DNA from: Fibrobacteria bacterium
GTDB taxonomy: Bacteria; Fibrobacterota; Fibrobacteria; UBA11236
Length of the DNA: 64,000 nucleotides
NCBI GenBank assembly: GCA_043732185.1
Contig: JAYTHY010000088.1
Coordinates: 3,410-67,409 of the forward strand
Direction: 5' to 3'
Part shown: positions 45,117 to 55,229 of the stretch, piece after piece
Numbering within the stretch: position 1 is the stretch's first letter
How the letters are laid out: each line of letters starts with the position of its first letter
Program-made: the position numbers and the translations under genes
The notes under the pieces: generated by a model
The model's input: the letters and a program-made list of their open reading frames with translations, nothing else
The model's database searches: none
What the model was told of the DNA's origin: nothing

Positions 45117-47337
45117 CGGCGCATTTTCCCTTACGAAGATCCAGGTAGTCTTTAAATGGCATAGTAGTCACTTTGTTTTTCAACTGGCTTGCATTGCGAA
45201 GTTGGGGAACACCTTTGTCGTCCACTACTAAAAACCCGGTATGGGTAACATCCAATCCAGGCAGGTCGGTTACAAAAGCAACGCCCAGGAACTTATCGCC
45301 GTATGTCCAATGGGCCATTAAATCCAGGGCCTTAGCATAGGGTAGAAATGCGATGTCGCAGATGGGATTGCTGGCAGGGGGCGGTAGTTTTTTGGATTGG
45401 AAGAACTTGATCTTGTCGATAGGCTTGTGGATTAAAGTATCGCCGGGAAAACGATAAACCCGGGTCAGGGACGCATTCTTTTTCAGCCAATCCTGGACAA
45501 AATAATGGTTGCGCGTCGAAAATTCCACCGTGTCCGATTTGTAGCGCAGTTTCATAAGCCAGGGCAGAACATCCCGGGTTTCCCGCGACAAGGCCAATGA
45601 CATTACGGTTTCAATATAGGTGACACAATCAAATCGATTAAGATCCAGAATCGGAGCAGATTCCAAGTTTCCAAAGCGGCCTTCGCCTGAGGGCCCCAGG
45701 AAATAGGGTTTTTCTTCCAGTGCACGCGAAAAATACTTCAAACGTTCGATATATCCGGAAGGGACATCGCTGCGGGCCAATAGATGATGGGCTTCAATCA
45801 GGGCGGGCCGTTCCTTGTTGTACCAAAGCGCCACGCGCATGAGTAGCGAGTCAAGTAAGTGCTGGGCGGCCTCAGGAGATCCTTGGAACTCGTTGATGAA
45901 CAAAGTAGTGGCTAGAGTGTCTCCGTCGATGCCGAAGACGTATCCACACAATCCTTGAACGCCACTTATCGATCCAGTTTTAAAGCGGACCAAGTTGGTT
46001 TTCATATAAGGCCGCAGACGCCTACCGGTAGCGCCGTCCATACCGGGTGCGGCGAGCGAACTGATATAATCCTTGGAATATTTGTGTCGGGCCATTTTGG
46101 CCAACAGCTGTGCCATGGCCCGCGGCTTGATGTGATTCTGGGACGATAACCCGCAGCCATCAAAAAGCTGAAAGTCCGCGGTATCCAGTCCCAGCCTGGA
46201 TAGAAACTCCTTTTCGGCAAGTATTCCCGCATGGGAAGTCCCGTCACCTTTTACGAATTTCCCCAGCTGTCGCAAGGTCATCTCCGCATGCAGATTCTGG
46301 CTGCGCTGATTGATTTCTTCCACCACATCGATTTGTGGTGCGGTGGTAAATCGGTACGTAGCCAAGAGCGGCGGACCCACCCGCGGTGGACTGGGCTGGT
46401 AGACTAATCCTTGGGACGCCAAAGTTTTTAGAAAGGATGCGCGAAAATATTGGGTGGGATTGCGAACAGGCAAAATCATCTGAAAGCCTGGGGCCTTGGT
46501 GCCGATGATTCCTGTTAAGGTAATGACGGTTGAATCAGGATTTTGCAGGGGTACAATGCGCCGTTTTTTCCCCACAGCGGTTCTGGATTTGTTGATGACG
46601 CGCACATAGCCAACATCAGGTGTTACGGCGTATACCGCAGGCGCACCGGGTTTGGCGGCCGGCAATACGGTTAAGGTAAAGGTATTGTCGTTATAGGAAA
46701 GTGCGGAAACTTCCGCGCCATACCAGGTGTTGAAATGGTGTTGTTTCCAGGCTTCCGGACGACGCGGTCCTGTGAAAAAGGTATCGGTGACTTCAATATT
46801 TCCGCGTATGGTATCGATTCCCAGACTGCACAAGCTGTCGATGAATGGTTCCAATGGGCTTAGAGCGTCAGGGAAAAAGCGATCGGATACATTGGGGTCC
46901 CCTTGTCCGGAAATGCGGATGGTGCCGGTCAATACGTGATTCTCAACTTTTCCCAGAACTTCCATAACCGTGGATGGAAAGAAATTAATGGGGAAGGTAT
47001 CCAGCGCAGCGGCGGTAACGATGAGTTTGAGGCAGCTGGCCGGTGTAAACCAATCGGTGTCATTGAACGACGCTTCGATGCGCCCGTATTTAGTAGAGTA
47101 CACGCTAATGGCTAGGCGACCACGGAGGCGACTGTGTTTGTAAAATGCTTCCAATTCCTGATTCAAAAAGGGTGACGGTCCGGTTACATATGTTCCCCGG
47201 TTGGGAATAAAAGCCTCTTGAGGAGGGCCAATAAACCCTACGGGAATTGAATCCAGGGGTGCGACAGGTCCCAGTTCAAGTTGCGCGGAATAAACCAAGT
47301 TGGCTGCCAAGGTTAAAATCAGGAGCAACAATTTCAT
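45079..47337 (-). CDS. fusion protein: PBP4-type D-Ala-D-Ala carboxypeptidase/endopeptidase (S13) plus C-terminal DUF1460 (amidase-like) domain
   Basis: Signal peptide MKLLLLILTLAANLVYSA. SxxK motif PASCLKLIVTAAALD and a KTGS box (RFKTGSISGVQG). The C-terminal third has LDLNRFDCVTYIETVMSLALS....RNHYFVQDWL, typical of DUF1460. ATGA overlap with aroA. Confidence 0.75.
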   Translation of the reverse strand: MKLLLLILTLAANLVYSAQLELGPVAPLDSIPVGFIGPPQEAFIPNRGTYVTGPSPFLNQELEAFYKHSRLRGRLAISVYSTKYGRIEASFNDTDWFTPASCLKLIVTAAALDTFPINFFPSTVMEVLGKVENHVLTGTIRISGQGDPNVSDRFFPDALSPLEPFIDSLCSLGIDTIRGNIEVTDTFFTGPRRPEAWKQHHFNTWYGAEVSALSYNDNTFTLTVLPAAKPGAPAVYAVTPDVGYVRVINKSRTAVGKKRRIVPLQNPDSTVITLTGIIGTKAPGFQMILPVRNPTQYFRASFLKTLASQGLVYQPSPPRVGPPLLATYRFTTAPQIDVVEEINQRSQNLHAEMTLRQLGKFVKGDGTSHAGILAEKEFLSRLGLDTADFQLFDGCGLSSQNHIKPRAMAQLLAKMARHKYSKDYISSLAAPGMDGATGRRLRPYMKTNLVRFKTGSISGVQGLCGYVFGIDGDTLATTLFINEFQGSPEAAQHLLDSLLMRVALWYNKERPALIEAHHLLARSDVPSGYIERLKYFSRALEEKPYFLGPSGEGRFGNLESAPILDLNRFDCVTYIETVMSLALSRETRDVLPWLMKLRYKSDTVEFSTRNHYFVQDWLKKNASLTRVYRFPGDTLIHKPIDKIKFFQSKKLPPPASNPICDIAFLPYAKALDLMAHWTYGDKFLGVAFVTDLPGLDVTHTGFLVVDDKGVPQLRNASQLKNKVTTMPFKDYLDLRKGKCAGVLFFEFLPPTI

Positions 47338-48647
47338 GGTTTGCCTGTTTCTCCTGTACCAGATCGGGATCCGGAAACAATGGACTTAAAAGCTTCAAAG
47401 TATCCAGGAAACGTTTTGCGCGTGCAGTCTGGATTGCGGATGGTAATGGGCACGCCACCCAAGGAGGCGAGGGAAAAGCACATAGCCATGCGATGATCCT
47501 CATACGTATCGATTTCTGCACTGGCTATCGATTGGGGAGGGTGGACTTTCAGCCAATCCGATCCCTCTTCAACCTGGGCTCCGAGCTTACGCAGTTCCGT
47601 GGCCATAGCCTGAATGCGATCGGTTTCCTTAACCCGCCAATTTCCGATATTGCGAATCGTTGTGGGTCCCTCGGCAAATAAAGCCGTTATCGCTAATGTC
47701 ATTCCCGTGTCGGACATCAAATCCATATCTACGTCAATGCCGCGCAAGTGTCCTTTGGAAGCCTTAATCCCAGTGTCGGTATATTCTACCCTGGCTCCCA
47801 TCTTGGCCAATACTTCAGCAAACTTTGCTTCGCCTTGCAGACTATGCTTGCCTATTCCGCGCACTTGTACGTCGCCGGCAATGGCGCCTGCCGCAAGGAA
47901 ATAGGATGCCGAGGAGGCGTCCGGCTCAATGGCGTATTGGCCTGGTGAACGGTAACCTCTGGGTTCAGCCAATAGGAACCGTTGGAAATTTTGGTTTTCG
48001 ATTTGTACGCCAAAAGCTTCCATGATGCGCAAAGTCAAATCCACATAAGGGGCGGAAACCAGAACGCCATCCACTTCCACAATAACTGGTTCGCGGCACA
48101 ATGGCAGTGAAAGTAAAAGCCCGGTTAAAAACTGGCTGGATACATTTCCTTTGATCTGTGTTTTGCCACCCTGTAAGCCATGGGCCGAAATTCGCAAGGG
48201 AGGAAATCCTGACTGACCACCATATGCGACCAAGGTGTTTCCCGCGATGGGACGCAGAGCATTGATGAGATCGGCAATGGGGCGCTCACGCATGCGTGCA
48301 ATACCATCCACTCCGAATTCTCCATGCCCGGCGCACAAGAGTGCCGTCAAGATCCGTGTGGCCGTTCCGGAATTTCCCAAAAAAAGATCCACCGGTGCTT
48401 TACTGACAATGGGCCCACCCCGGCCCTGCACAGTGAGCGCTCCATCTTCTTGCGAAAGGGCAAAACCCAGATGACGCAAGGCTTGACACATGAGTTCTAC
48501 ATCATCACCATCGGGAAGATTGGACAACCAGGTTGTTCCCATTGCCAAGGCCGCCAAAGGCAATACTCGATTGCTAATGCTCTTGGAACCGGGAGGTTCT
48601 ACGGATCCGAAAGCGCGTCCGGCAGGCGGCAAAGTAAGGGAAATCAT
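47334..48647 (-). CDS. aroA: 3-phosphoshikimate 1-carboxyvinyltransferase (EPSP synthase)
   Basis: PPGSKSISNRVLPLAAL, LFLGNSGTATR and RVKETDRI blocks. Confidence 0.94.
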   Translation of the reverse strand: MISLTLPPAGRAFGSVEPPGSKSISNRVLPLAALAMGTTWLSNLPDGDDVELMCQALRHLGFALSQEDGALTVQGRGGPIVSKAPVDLFLGNSGTATRILTALLCAGHGEFGVDGIARMRERPIADLINALRPIAGNTLVAYGGQSGFPPLRISAHGLQGGKTQIKGNVSSQFLTGLLLSLPLCREPVIVEVDGVLVSAPYVDLTLRIMEAFGVQIENQNFQRFLLAEPRGYRSPGQYAIEPDASSASYFLAAGAIAGDVQVRGIGKHSLQGEAKFAEVLAKMGARVEYTDTGIKASKGHLRGIDVDMDLMSDTGMTLAITALFAEGPTTIRNIGNWRVKETDRIQAMATELRKLGAQVEEGSDWLKVHPPQSIASAEIDTYEDHRMAMCFSLASLGGVPITIRNPDCTRKTFPGYFEAFKSIVSGSRSGTGETGKP

Positions 48648-48731
48648 CTCTCGGAAAACTATAAAATTTGCAAGCCCCTATCGTACTTGCGGGCCCAGAG
48701 GCAGGTGAAATTCGAACGACTCTTTCAGTAC

Positions 48732-49286
48732 TTATTCAGCCAGCTTTACAGCAGTGCCCACTGCCGAGCACAGACACACAATGGCGTCGAATTGGGAAAA
48801 CTGGAGCGTCATTCCAACTATGCCATCAGCGCCCATGGAGCGAGCCCGTTGGGATAGTTCCTCCAGCGCAATGACTTTTACTCTTTGCAGTTCGTCTTCC
48901 GCCGCCTTGAGTCGATGCAAATCTCCATGGGGGGCTGGATTTCGGAACAGCACGTCCTTGGGTACGACAATTTCAATCGAGACCATTCCCAAATATTCCT
49001 GAATGGTAAATCCCTCGACCGTAGGCGTTGTGGTGAGAAAGAATTCGGGCTTGTTTAAGTTGCCCATATCGCTTATGGCCAGTATTTGTGATTTGCGTGC
49101 ATTGGCTGAAGCAGAGGAAGATTGCGAAGGGGTTGCTCCAAAGGAGGGCGAAGCCGGCAAGCCGGCAGCGGCAATCGGTGAGAGGTCGACGGGAGCGGAT
49201 GCCGGCGGCACTTGCGAATTGCGGTTCGAACCCTGGTACGGAGCTAGAAATGGATTTTGAGCTTCGGGTGAATTTGGGTTTGGCAT
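48732..49286 (-). CDS. YbjQ/UPF0145-family domain protein with Pro/Ser-rich N-terminal extension
   Basis: The C-terminal ~105 aa (TTTPTVEGFTIQEYLGMVS...ARSMGADGIVGMTLQF....) fit the YbjQ_1 pattern. The N-terminal ~75 aa are low-complexity. Confidence 0.65.
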   Translation of the reverse strand: MPNPNSPEAQNPFLAPYQGSNRNSQVPPASAPVDLSPIAAAGLPASPSFGATPSQSSSASANARKSQILAISDMGNLNKPEFFLTTTPTVEGFTIQEYLGMVSIEIVVPKDVLFRNPAPHGDLHRLKAAEDELQRVKVIALEELSQRARSMGADGIVGMTLQFSQFDAIVCLCSAVGTAVKLAE

Positions 49287-49435
49287 GGAATGTCCTTAGT
49301 TGTATCCTATTTTAAGGGTAGGCTATGGGTTTTTGACGAGTATTTTTTCCGGCATTGCTTCTTGGAACACTATTGGACCCTAATCAACACCTTTTCGAGC
49401 CCTTATTGACCACTTATCGACCCCTGGAAAGCGAC

Positions 49436-50122
49436 TCAAATGAAGTCACGGTTCACAAGTGCGCCACGATTAAGCATCAGTCGACGATAAGGCATGGAAT
49501 TGATAAGGCCATAGTCATGGGTTGCCATAAGTACCGCAGTTCCGGACGCGTTGATGTTTTGGAAGATTTTGACAATTTCTTTTGACGTTTGGGGGTCGAG
49601 GTTTCCAGTCGGCTCATCGGCGAGGATGATATAAGGCTCATTGGCCATAGCCCGGGCAATGGAAACCCGCTGCTGTTCGCCACCGGAAAGCTGATGGGGT
49701 AAATTCCGGGCCTTATGAGAGATGCCGGTCAAAGTAAGGACTTCATAAACACGATGCTTGATGCGGCGATTGGAATATCCGGCGATTCTCAAGGCGAAGG
49801 CCACATTTTCGAATACGTTCCGATCGGGTAGCAACTTAAAGTCTTGGAATACGATTCCGAGACGACGGCGCAGCAACTGAATGGTGCCTCGCGAAGTTTC
49901 CGTGGAGCGATAGGTAAGGTCTTTGTTGAATGAAATCAAAACCTCGCCTACATCTGGTTTCTCATCCATGTAAATCAGTTTGAGAACAGTGGTCTTGCCC
50001 GCGCCGCTCGGTCCAGTCAAAAAAACAAATTCACCGCGGTCGAGGCGAAAGTGCATGTCTTGCAACGCCGTCCAATCCTTTTCATACCGTTTGGAAACAT
50101 GGCTGAAAGAAATGAGCGTCAT
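49436..50122 (-). CDS. ftsE: cell-division ABC ATPase FtsE
   Basis: Walker A GPSGAGKTT, signature LSGGEQQRVSIARA, Walker B ILADEPTGNLD. 228 aa and FtsE-like throughout. Confidence 0.85.
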   Translation of the reverse strand: MTLISFSHVSKRYEKDWTALQDMHFRLDRGEFVFLTGPSGAGKTTVLKLIYMDEKPDVGEVLISFNKDLTYRSTETSRGTIQLLRRRLGIVFQDFKLLPDRNVFENVAFALRIAGYSNRRIKHRVYEVLTLTGISHKARNLPHQLSGGEQQRVSIARAMANEPYIILADEPTGNLDPQTSKEIVKIFQNINASGTAVLMATHDYGLINSMPYRRLMLNRGALVNRDFI

Positions 50123-50126
50123 GGCT

Positions 50127-50882
50127 TCATGGTTTCCTTAAGACAAAGTGTATCCGCTCGGAAGCGTCTCGTCCAGTTCGGAATGTAAATCCTTCGAATA
50201 CCCCAGCGATTAGGAATCCGGCATTTTCAGCGCAGGCGCGCAAAATATCGATTTTGTAAATGCGCTGTTGGTGGCTCTCCTTAATTTTTTGCCAGCAGTC
50301 GCGCTTGCCCTCCACGAAAAAGATGAAATCATTGGTTTGCAATTGGGCCTCGCGGTCAAATCCACTTTCTCGAAAATAGGTGCAGCCGGCCATCTCCCCA
50401 AAATCAACGGCTTGATGAAAGTGCCTCCGAGAATTTTCCTCGGTGGTGATGTCGAAGATGAACAATCCATTTGGGCTCAGAATGCGGAACGCTTCCTCTA
50501 AACAGCGCGTAACATCCTCTTCTTCCATCAAATAATTGATGGCATCGTAGATCATGACGCAGAGTTGGAAGGGCCCCCGGAACGGTAGGGCAAGGGCATT
50601 GGCTGCCACTCGCTTGTTGGCGGCAACATCGTGGGCTTGCGCGAGCATGAACTGGGACAGATCGGAATAATAGACTCGAGCCTCAGCCGGGTATATTTCG
50701 CGACGGGCGAACGGGCATGTGCCGGCTCCGATTTCCAGAACGGTTTTCGGATCCTGTCCGAACTTGCGCCACAATTTTACAAGGTAGCGGCCCCAGGCGT
50801 CATAATCGACATGGGCCATAATCCAATCATAATAAGGGGCGATGATTCTGTATGAGGTTTCGTCCCGCATGGATGCATTCAA
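50127..50882 (-). CDS. class I SAM-dependent methyltransferase
   Basis: Motif I VLEIGAGTCPFA and post-I YYSDLS. Substrate unknown. It overlaps the upstream gene by 4 nt. Confidence 0.75.
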   Translation of the reverse strand: MNASMRDETSYRIIAPYYDWIMAHVDYDAWGRYLVKLWRKFGQDPKTVLEIGAGTCPFARREIYPAEARVYYSDLSQFMLAQAHDVAANKRVAANALALPFRGPFQLCVMIYDAINYLMEEEDVTRCLEEAFRILSPNGLFIFDITTEENSRRHFHQAVDFGEMAGCTYFRESGFDREAQLQTNDFIFFVEGKRDCWQKIKESHQQRIYKIDILRACAENAGFLIAGVFEGFTFRTGRDASERIHFVLRKP

Positions 50883-52285
50883 TTCCTAAGCGGAATGCCG
50901 CCGGGAAGCCCCTCTGAATCGGATGTCTCACCCTGGCCGCCGGTTCCGTCATCGTCCCTGGAAGCCAGTCCCTTGTACTGCGCCAATCGGTCCTCGATAT
51001 GCACTGTTTCACGCCACTTTTTTATAAAAGTGGAAAGTTTTTGACTGAGGAAATAATTTCGAGCAATCTGGCTGATTTCCAAAAAGTCTTCCTCGATATT
51101 CATTTTTCTTTCAGGTGCTTTGCCGTCTAGGCGGAAAATATGGTAGGAGTCGCCGATAGAAACAGGACCGCTGATACCGCCCACTGAAAGGCTGTCTACA
51201 GCCGCCAAATATCGTGTGTCCAATTTATCCTTCGTGAACCAGCCCAAGCTGCCACCCTGGTCCTTAGTCTTTTTGTCTTCGGAAAAACGGGTTGCCAAAG
51301 TTGCAAAGTCCCCGGTGCGCAAGGCTGTTGCGCGTAGCGAATCCAAGAAAGTACGGGTGCGGGCGCTATCGGCGGCTTCCGGAATCAGGCGGACTAAAAT
51401 ATGCGACGTGCGGATCTCATTATCTTTTTTCCCCGTAACTTTGATGATATGGTAACCAAATCGAGAGTGAATGGGAAACTTGGTATACTCGCCGGCATCA
51501 AGTGCAAATGCGGCCCGTTCATAATCGGGATCCAATGTCCCCCGTTTGGTATATCCGATATCTCCGCCTTCCTTGCTGGAAAAATCGTCAGAATATTTTT
51601 TAGCTAGATCCACAAAGGCTTCACCCTTGTCAAGCCGTTTGATTAATGAATCGATTTTCAGAAATGCGGCTCTGTCCAAGATTCCGCTGGGTTTGGTTTT
51701 GATCTGGACATGCGAGAGTCGCAGACTGTTCTGTTGCAATGGCAAACTATCCTTATACATTTTGAAAAAATCCCGCACTTGCAAGTTCGAGGGTTCATGA
51801 TCGCCGACGTACTTGAACTGCAGCTTTTGACGGTAGCTCTGTTCCAGATATTGCTGGTTCAACCGGGCTCGGAACTGGGTGAGATTCATGCCGTTGGTTT
51901 GCTTCAGCAACATTTCAAACTTTTTTTCGCCTCCTTGCTGTTCTACATAATGCGCAATGGCATCTTCCACGCGGGGGGCAATATCCTTTTCTGAAACGCG
52001 GATATTGGTGTCTAATTTGGCCTTGACCAGGACCACCTTGTCGTCAATGAGCCGGTTTAAAAGCTCGCGCCGTTGAGCGTCAATAGGTAAATGGGACATG
52101 CCCGGCTGCTGTTCGGCGGCCACTTGACGTAGCTCTTCCACTTCAGACAGCAGGATGATTTGATCATCTACAAGGGCAACAATGCCATCAAAAGGTTGAC
52201 GAGTGGCATTACCAATCCAAACGGTGGAGAGGATAAGTCCACTGACTAAGGAAAGAGCGGGGATATTCATTTGTTTATTTGCCAT
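50879..52285 (-). CDS. SurA-like periplasmic chaperone / peptidyl-prolyl isomerase (two parvulin domains)
   Basis: Signal peptide, SurA-N-like region and two PpiC-type blocks (LSHVQIK...GGDIGYTKRG...GYHIIKV and SHILVRL...GGSLGWFTKD...SYHIFRL). Confidence 0.85.
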   Translation of the reverse strand: MANKQMNIPALSLVSGLILSTVWIGNATRQPFDGIVALVDDQIILLSEVEELRQVAAEQQPGMSHLPIDAQRRELLNRLIDDKVVLVKAKLDTNIRVSEKDIAPRVEDAIAHYVEQQGGEKKFEMLLKQTNGMNLTQFRARLNQQYLEQSYRQKLQFKYVGDHEPSNLQVRDFFKMYKDSLPLQQNSLRLSHVQIKTKPSGILDRAAFLKIDSLIKRLDKGEAFVDLAKKYSDDFSSKEGGDIGYTKRGTLDPDYERAAFALDAGEYTKFPIHSRFGYHIIKVTGKKDNEIRTSHILVRLIPEAADSARTRTFLDSLRATALRTGDFATLATRFSEDKKTKDQGGSLGWFTKDKLDTRYLAAVDSLSVGGISGPVSIGDSYHIFRLDGKAPERKMNIEEDFLEISQIARNYFLSQKLSTFIKKWRETVHIEDRLAQYKGLASRDDDGTGGQGETSDSEGLPGGIPLRN

Positions 52286-53393
52286 TGGGATTCTCTTCTA
52301 CTGCGGGCCTGGGGTCGGCGGTATTTGGGGGAAGGGGTTCAGTTGGTATAGAGGGTGCGGATTCGTTATCACTCGGTTTGGATTGGGACGTTGCGGAAGT
52401 GTTTGGCGAAGCAATGGTTCTGGGGCGTTTTGACTTGGCAACTTTAGGGACGACGGGCTTGGCCGATTTCGTCTCTTGAGTTGGGACAGTTGGAGCTGTT
52501 GACACTGCTGGGACCGAATCTTTGGCGATGGACATGGGCTTGGGTGCTTCAATTTGACCAGGGATTTGATCCATATTATAGCCGATGTTCAAACCTTCCT
52601 TATACTTGGCTATGCGCGCTTCGGTGATTTTATCCTTGCGGCCAATGACGAGAAGGCTTCTGATTTCTTCTTTGGTATCCGCAAAGGGTATATACGTACC
52701 TGGTTCTTGTTTTTCTAAAACCTTCACCAGATAAACCCCATCTGGGCAATCAATAGGCAAGGTCACGGCATTGACTGGAGTATTGGGTATGGCCTGGGTC
52801 AGGCAGGTGGGGATGCCATCGAGTTTCTTGAATGCAATGGAAGCATAAGCTTCCGGTGTTGGGTCGAGCGAGTTGGCAGCGGCTATTTCTAGGAAGTCCC
52901 CACGATTTATTTTTGCCCTGAGTTCAGAAGCTTGTTTGGCAGAGCGCACGCGGAGGTGGGCTATTTTAAATTCCGTGACATTGCGACGAAAATCCTCTTT
53001 GTGCATTTCATAATATTGGTTCATGGTCATTTCGTCCGGCTCGAATGCATCCGTTCCGTTTTCACGGGCGAGAAATTCTTCAATGACAAGCTTTCGACTC
53101 AACTTTGCAAGCTTTCTAGCCACTACCGAGTCCTTGGCAAAGCCAACCTTTTCAGCGTGTTGGTAAATGACTTCATCATCGATCCAGCGTTTGATGAAAT
53201 CCAGGTACTGTTGACGGCGGATAACTTGTTCGAATTCAATCGGGAAGCTTTCCCGTAGGTCCGCTAAAGTGAGGGTAGCAGTGCCCACTTGGGCCAAAAC
53301 CAATTCTTTCTCCTTTTCCTTTTGGCAGCCGCCTAAAAGGGTCAATGCCGTGAAAAAGAGCAAAAAAAGTCGATTTATAGAAGCGTTCTGCAT
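52275..53393 (-). CDS. parvulin-like PPIase lipoprotein with Pro/Ser/Thr-rich C-terminal tail
   Basis: Start at the ATG at 53393, giving the lipobox LTLLGGC. It has a SurA-N-like segment and a degenerate parvulin block (FKIAHLRVRSAKQASELRAKINRGDFLEIAAANS). The last ~100 aa are low-complexity. Confidence 0.7.
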   Translation of the reverse strand: MQNASINRLFLLFFTALTLLGGCQKEKEKELVLAQVGTATLTLADLRESFPIEFEQVIRRQQYLDFIKRWIDDEVIYQHAEKVGFAKDSVVARKLAKLSRKLVIEEFLARENGTDAFEPDEMTMNQYYEMHKEDFRRNVTEFKIAHLRVRSAKQASELRAKINRGDFLEIAAANSLDPTPEAYASIAFKKLDGIPTCLTQAIPNTPVNAVTLPIDCPDGVYLVKVLEKQEPGTYIPFADTKEEIRSLLVIGRKDKITEARIAKYKEGLNIGYNMDQIPGQIEAPKPMSIAKDSVPAVSTAPTVPTQETKSAKPVVPKVAKSKRPRTIASPNTSATSQSKPSDNESAPSIPTEPLPPNTADPRPAVEENPNGK

Positions 53394-53504
53394 GTCCTTG
53401 GCTACCAACAGGGAAGGTTCTAATGTACTTAAAAACCCCTGCAAAGCCTATTCTAGGATTGCAGTTTGGGCACAGGTGAGCAGTGGAGACTGTTGCGTTT
53501 CCGG

Positions 53505-55103
53505 CTAAGGTCCGTTCACGAGGAATCGAAAAATACGGCAGGCGTTGCCCAGGCTTGCTGAGTTCTTGACGGTGGAAGTTACGATTTTTAGTTCGTGCTG
53601 CCGCCTCGGCAGATCCACGTTGAATAAAATCGTCCAAGGCAGATTCAATCCAGCGCTCCATTGTGTGAATTGATCCCTGGTACCCATAAACTGATTGTCG
53701 ATATAATAATCGAGCATGCCCACATCCGGGCCTGCCGGAATGACTATTCCAACTGCCGTTCCTGTGAATACAAACTTTAAGGTGTCTCGTGCCGTTAAGG
53801 CCTCTAAGACTGGAACGTTCACAAACCCATCTCGTGTGCCGCCCGAGGTAGGCGTCCACGAGGCTACGGATTTCCAGCCATTGACCAGTTGCGCGGCTTG
53901 TATGCTGTCCATATGGCCATTGGCAAAACACAGCGTGTCCAGCATTTTAACCGGTTGAAAATGTGGTATGGGCTGCGTTACTACCGAAGCTGTATCGCTC
54001 CAAGCCGTGCTTAACAGGCGGGTGATGGCATCGGCGTAGATTTGTGTGCCGAATGCTCCCGGGTGTACGTCATTGCCGAACTGCGACCATGTAAAATGTT
54101 CGGCGACATATTGCGCCAAGTTGATGGAAGATACAGCATATTGCCAAGCCGATTTTTCGTAATCGGTGACAAGGGGAATGGGTTGTCCTGCTTTTACGTA
54201 GGCATAAAATAAGTCGTGGGCGAAATACATATAGGCTACGTCGATATTCGGGTTATGCCGAATCGCTTGGCGAATAATACCTTCATAGGCTCGGGTTCTT
54301 TCGATGGAGGTTACTCCATTGGATGTGTCGTTCACCGCAGATTCAACGAAAAGCAAGTCCACTTTCCCTCGGAAGAAAACATCCTTTTGGAGACGGAAGG
54401 CGTGCATTTTAATGTCTGCGCTGGGGATTCCAGCATTGATGAAGTCAAAAGTGGTCAGGGGATATTTCCGACGCAGATACGCCATGACGCTATCGCGCCA
54501 ACCCGGATTGAAGGTGATGGAACCGCCTAGAAAGGCCACGCGACCTTGCCGGGTTACTTCGAATCGATTGCGGCAGTTGGCAAAATTATCCCGGAGAATG
54601 GATCGCGAGCTGTCCCAGAGGTCGATATGCTTGAGTTGAAAATCCCGAGTATCGCCATCATTGAAGGAAAGGTTTCTGGTCTTCAAGGGATAAATACTCT
54701 TCCCATAAATCGTCACATGATAGAGACGGGCTGCTGCGGGTTTGGCAAGCGCCATCCCTGCGTAAGCTGTGAGCCCAGGTTGGAAGGCTTCTACGCGGCG
54801 TCCAAGCAGAGTATAACGACTCTGCGCGAGCCATCCCTTGCTGCCAATCGAGTTTCGACTTTCCGGATGGATGGTCCTGAATGGACTAATGCCGACTGCT
54901 CCAGGCAGCGGTATCACGTAGTGGCCAACGGCATCTGTATACGTGTTGACTGAGAAGCTCGAATCAGCGGCATCCACAAAACGAACAAAAACATTGGGCA
55001 TGGGGACGTTTAAATTATCGCGAATGGTACCTGACACCGTAGCGTTACCTGATGTGGATAGCGCAAAAAGAGCGAGGAGAGACACCGCGAAATTTTTAAT
55101 CAT
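53505..55103 (-). CDS. secreted SGNH/GDSL-family hydrolase with N-terminal CarboxypepD_reg-like domain
   Basis: Signal peptide. Ig-like block TVSGTIRDNLNVPMPNVFVRFVD....TDAVGHYVIPLPG. SGNH blocks VAFLGGSIT, VESAVNDTS and NDVHPGAFG. Confidence 0.75.
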   Translation of the reverse strand: MIKNFAVSLLALFALSTSGNATVSGTIRDNLNVPMPNVFVRFVDAADSSFSVNTYTDAVGHYVIPLPGAVGISPFRTIHPESRNSIGSKGWLAQSRYTLLGRRVEAFQPGLTAYAGMALAKPAAARLYHVTIYGKSIYPLKTRNLSFNDGDTRDFQLKHIDLWDSSRSILRDNFANCRNRFEVTRQGRVAFLGGSITFNPGWRDSVMAYLRRKYPLTTFDFINAGIPSADIKMHAFRLQKDVFFRGKVDLLFVESAVNDTSNGVTSIERTRAYEGIIRQAIRHNPNIDVAYMYFAHDLFYAYVKAGQPIPLVTDYEKSAWQYAVSSINLAQYVAEHFTWSQFGNDVHPGAFGTQIYADAITRLLSTAWSDTASVVTQPIPHFQPVKMLDTLCFANGHMDSIQAAQLVNGWKSVASWTPTSGGTRDGFVNVPVLEALTARDTLKFVFTGTAVGIVIPAGPDVGMLDYYIDNQFMGTRDQFTQWSAGLNLPWTILFNVDLPRRQHELKIVTSTVKNSASLGNACRIFRFLVNGP

Positions 55104-55229
55104 ACCAACCTCAACCGTAAAAGCCCTGGAATACCTAGCGAATAAAATTAGCCAATTTTGCCGGAATTAGGGCTGAGTGAGGGGGCTGTTCAAATCTCCG
55201 TAAACTAGGTGGCCAGGGCCGAACCCAGG

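Noticed and set aside
48660-48705. Possible terminator between the YbjQ-like gene and aroA
   Set aside because: The stem is only 5 bp (GCAAG/CTTGC) with an 11-nt loop. This is too weak to call.
49402-49423. Imperfect 11-bp tandem repeat (CTTATTGACCA / CTTATCGACCC) downstream of ftsE
   Set aside because: It has only two copies at 9/11 identity and no symmetry or known motif. This is indistinguishable from chance without comparative data.
53236-53931. 231-aa minus-strand ORF overlapping the SGNH hydrolase 3' end and the intergenic region
   Set aside because: It is in a different frame on the same strand as a gene with clear SGNH motifs. It would span a real intergenic gap and the start of the parvulin gene. 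It has no motifs.
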